DNA from: Sandaracinaceae bacterium
Lineage (GTDB): Bacteria > Myxococcota_A > Polyangia > Polyangiales > Sandaracinaceae
NCBI GenBank assembly: GCA_044220955.1
Contig: JBGAQA010000119.1
Location: 1-18,182, forward strand
Length of the DNA stretch: 18,182 nucleotides
Direction of reading: 5' to 3'
This document shows positions 15,853-18,182 of the stretch, one piece after another (position 1 is the first letter of the stretch; the number at the start of each line of letters is the position of its first letter). The notes under the pieces were generated by a model that made no database searches, was not told where the DNA came from, and was given only the letters and a program-made list of their open reading frames with translations. The translations under genes and the position numbers were made by a program.

Positions 15853-18066
15853 ATGGACGCCACCAGACGCGGCGCGGCGCTCGTGCTCGGGCTCGCCTCG
15901 GTGCTCGCTCGCGGCGCCGCAGCTCAGCCGGCGCGGCTCGATCCGGCCTGGCTGGCGCCGGGCGCCGCGCCCACCTGCGTCCCGTACGGGACCGGCGCCA
16001 TCCAGCACGCCGTGCGGCTCGGCCAGGAAGCGATCGCCATGACACGGACCCTCGATCCGCTCTTGCCGACTGGCTACGACTCCTCCGACGACCTCCGCGT
16101 CCTGGAGGTGCGCCGGACGAGCGACCTCTCGCTGATCTGGGCGCGTGCGCTCGGGTCCCCCGCGAACGCCCTCGTGGCCTCGCGCGACGGGCGTCGGCTC
16201 GCCGTCGGGACGTACGAGGAGACGACGGTGCTCGACACCACGACGGCCACGGTCGCCTTCGAGCACGCCGGCGAGGCCTACGCGCTCGCGCTCGCGCCGG
16301 ACGGAAGCGTCGCGATCTCGCACGGCACCACCGTGGACCTGCTCGACGCGTCCGGAGCGCTCGAGCGCACCGTGTCGATCACGGGCTCGGCCCCGACCGT
16401 GATCCACGCGATGATGCTCGACGGCGAGTGCCGGACGATCGACTCGATGACCGAAGCGCGAGCGACGACGCTGGCGTTCACGGAGAGCGGGACGCTGCTG
16501 GCCGGCGCGAGCGACGGCAGCGTGCGCGTGATCGAGGCCGACGACGCCCTGCGCTGGACGCGACCGGGGGGCCGTGACCACGGCTACCGTGCGGAGGTCG
16601 TGGCGTTCGAGCCGAGCGGCGCGGACGCCGTGCGCGCGACGTACTCGGACGCGTTCGCGGTGACGCTGCGCCTGCGGACGATGCGCGCCTCGGGGATGGT
16701 GGAGGCGTCCTGCTCCGCGGCCGAGAGGGCCATCGCGGTGTCGCGGCTGGGGCCCGCAGCGGAGGCCGAGCCGCCGACGTGCGCGTACGCCACGAGCCTC
16801 CACGTGGACGCGGCGGGTCGGCACCTCTGGGTCGCGCCCGTCACCCGCGTCCATGCGGCCTCGGGGCGCTCGCTTCTGCTCGCACCGACGCTCCACACCG
16901 AGGCTGGCCTGCTCGTGGGCGACGAGGCGTGGCTCTTCGGCATCGACGGCACGGCCGAGCGCTGGTCCCTCGGTGCCCGCGGCGGCACGTTCGCGGGCGC
17001 CGTGCCGATCCCGGGCCGCGTGGGCGCCGTGCTCGACGTGAGCGAGGACGGCCGCTACGTGGCGATCGGCACCTCGCCCCTCGAGGCCCACGGCAGCGAG
17101 ACGGAGGACGGCTACGCGCTCCGTGTGATCGACACCCGCGCCGAGGCGCCGCTGCCGGCGCTGGACGCGGTCGGCGTGCGCGCCCGCTTCATCCGCGGCA
17201 CCTCGCGCGTGGCGCTGGAGCGGATCGATCACGGTCGGCGCGCGGTCGAGATCCGCGAGGTGCCCAGCGGCGCGCGTGTCCGCAGGATCGAGCTCGGCAG
17301 CGCCGAGTACGGCGGCCTCGTCGCCGCCGACGCGCGCTGGGTCGTCGTGGCCGAGGACGCGCGCGTACGCGTGATCGGGATCGACGACGGAAGCGAGCGC
17401 ACGCTCGAGCTGCCGCCCTGCGCGATCGAGGCAGCCAGCCTCGTCGGGGATCGACTCGCCATGCGGGTGTACGACCGGCGCACGAGCGGCATCGGCGGCC
17501 ACCGCATCGAGGTGATCGACCTCTCCGGGCCATCGCTCGCGTCGCTCGTGCGCGTCGACGGCGCGAGCGGACACGACGTCTCGATCGTCGAGGACGGCGC
17601 CGCCGCCGTCTACGCGAGCGCGGACGGAACGGCGACGCGGATCGACCTCGCCAGCGGGAGCGCGGCGCCCATCGCAGGCTTGCCCGCGGGCGTCGTGGGT
17701 CTGCTCTCGGCCCCGCGAGGTTGGCTGATCGCGCATCGCGGCGCGGTCGCGCCCACGCTCGCGCTCGGCGACACCGAGACCGGCACGACCCTGCTCGACT
17801 GGACCCGCGCCGCGGATCACCCCGGCGCAGCGGTGGTCTACGAGCTCGGCGGCCACGCGTACGTCGTGGGCCACGACGGCCGGACGCGCGCCACGATCGA
17901 CGCGCTGGACGGCGGGCTCGTGGTGCGCACGATCGCGGGCACGTTCTCGGCGACCTCCGACGCGCGCGCGGCGCTCTCCGTCCTCGATCACGGCTCGCTC
18001 CGCGCGTGCGACGCGTCGATGGAATCGCAGCACGTCCCGGGCCTGCTCGAGGCGCTCGTGCGTTGA
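15853..18066 (+). CDS. Secreted WD40/beta-propeller repeat protein
   Basis: Signal peptide ending AAA|Q and blade motifs ALVASRDGRRLAVG, ALALAPDGSVAIS, LAFTESGTLLAGASDGSVRV and LDVSEDGRYVAIG. Start is at 15853 or 15838. Confidence 0.78.
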   Translation: MDATRRGAALVLGLASVLARGAAAQPARLDPAWLAPGAAPTCVPYGTGAIQHAVRLGQEAIAMTRTLDPLLPTGYDSSDDLRVLEVRRTSDLSLIWARALGSPANALVASRDGRRLAVGTYEETTVLDTTTATVAFEHAGEAYALALAPDGSVAISHGTTVDLLDASGALERTVSITGSAPTVIHAMMLDGECRTIDSMTEARATTLAFTESGTLLAGASDGSVRVIEADDALRWTRPGGRDHGYRAEVVAFEPSGADAVRATYSDAFAVTLRLRTMRASGMVEASCSAAERAIAVSRLGPAAEAEPPTCAYATSLHVDAAGRHLWVAPVTRVHAASGRSLLLAPTLHTEAGLLVGDEAWLFGIDGTAERWSLGARGGTFAGAVPIPGRVGAVLDVSEDGRYVAIGTSPLEAHGSETEDGYALRVIDTRAEAPLPALDAVGVRARFIRGTSRVALERIDHGRRAVEIREVPSGARVRRIELGSAEYGGLVAADARWVVVAEDARVRVIGIDDGSERTLELPPCAIEAASLVGDRLAMRVYDRRTSGIGGHRIEVIDLSGPSLASLVRVDGASGHDVSIVEDGAAAVYASADGTATRIDLASGSAAPIAGLPAGVVGLLSAPRGWLIAHRGAVAPTLALGDTETGTTLLDWTRAADHPGAAVVYELGGHAYVVGHDGRTRATIDALDGGLVVRTIAGTFSATSDARAALSVLDHGSLRACDASMESQHVPGLLEALVR

Positions 18067-18094
18067 CGCGCGCTCTCCGGCCGACCCGACTCAA

Positions 18095-18182
18095 AGGCTG
18101 TCCCAAAATCGACGACGGCCTCGGGCACGATCCGGCGGCCGCGCGCGACGAGCGGTGTGCCTCGCGAGGAGCGAAGCGACGA
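18095..18182. repeat. Possible start of a second structured intergenic repeat, cut by the window edge
   Basis: AGGCTGTCCCAAAA is followed by nested inverted repeats (CCTCG-GGCAC...GTGCC-tcg-CGAGG) and GGAGCGAAGC-n-ACG, which also occurs at 11698-11711. Confidence 0.35.

Noticed and set aside
15298..18033. 911-aa minus ORF as a large CBS fusion
   Set aside because: Only the last ~148 aa are CBS. The rest is the antisense shadow of the WD40 gene.
1..18182. CRISPR array, integrase/transposase, prophage or defence genes
   Set aside because: No regularly spaced repeats or diagnostic protein motifs were seen.

Overview
A very GC-rich, gene-dense window that resembles Myxococcota (Polyangia/Sandaracinaceae-like). 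That taxonomy is inferred from the D-x-G lipoprotein linker and the Cys-rich secreted proteins. It holds about 17 credible CDS in seven blocks: (1) a divergent isoprenoid pair (short-chain polyprenyl/GGPP synthase and type-2 IPP isomerase fni); (2) a membrane protein; (3) a three-gene operon of an S51/GATase1-like protein, an Ig-like-domain esterase and a stand-alone ATP-grasp ligase, a candidate uncharacterised peptide/polymer pathway; (4) a small lipoprotein coupled to a 'half-TolC'-like exported protein; (5) a split DUF4331 pair with Cys-rich insertions plus a TPR protein, with an ECF-like promoter and an internal terminator; (6) a tightly packed run of small beta-barrel, pentaheme cytochrome c lipoprotein, Rv2578c/PA0069-type radical SAM and FNR-like reductase, preceded by a CBS protein; (7) a secreted WD40-like propeller. 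A ~266-bp hairpin-rich MITE-like element lies between two convergent stop codons, and a possibly related repeat begins at the right edge. No rRNA, tRNA, CRISPR array or transposase was found. Family calls come from motif recognition by eye, not from database searches.
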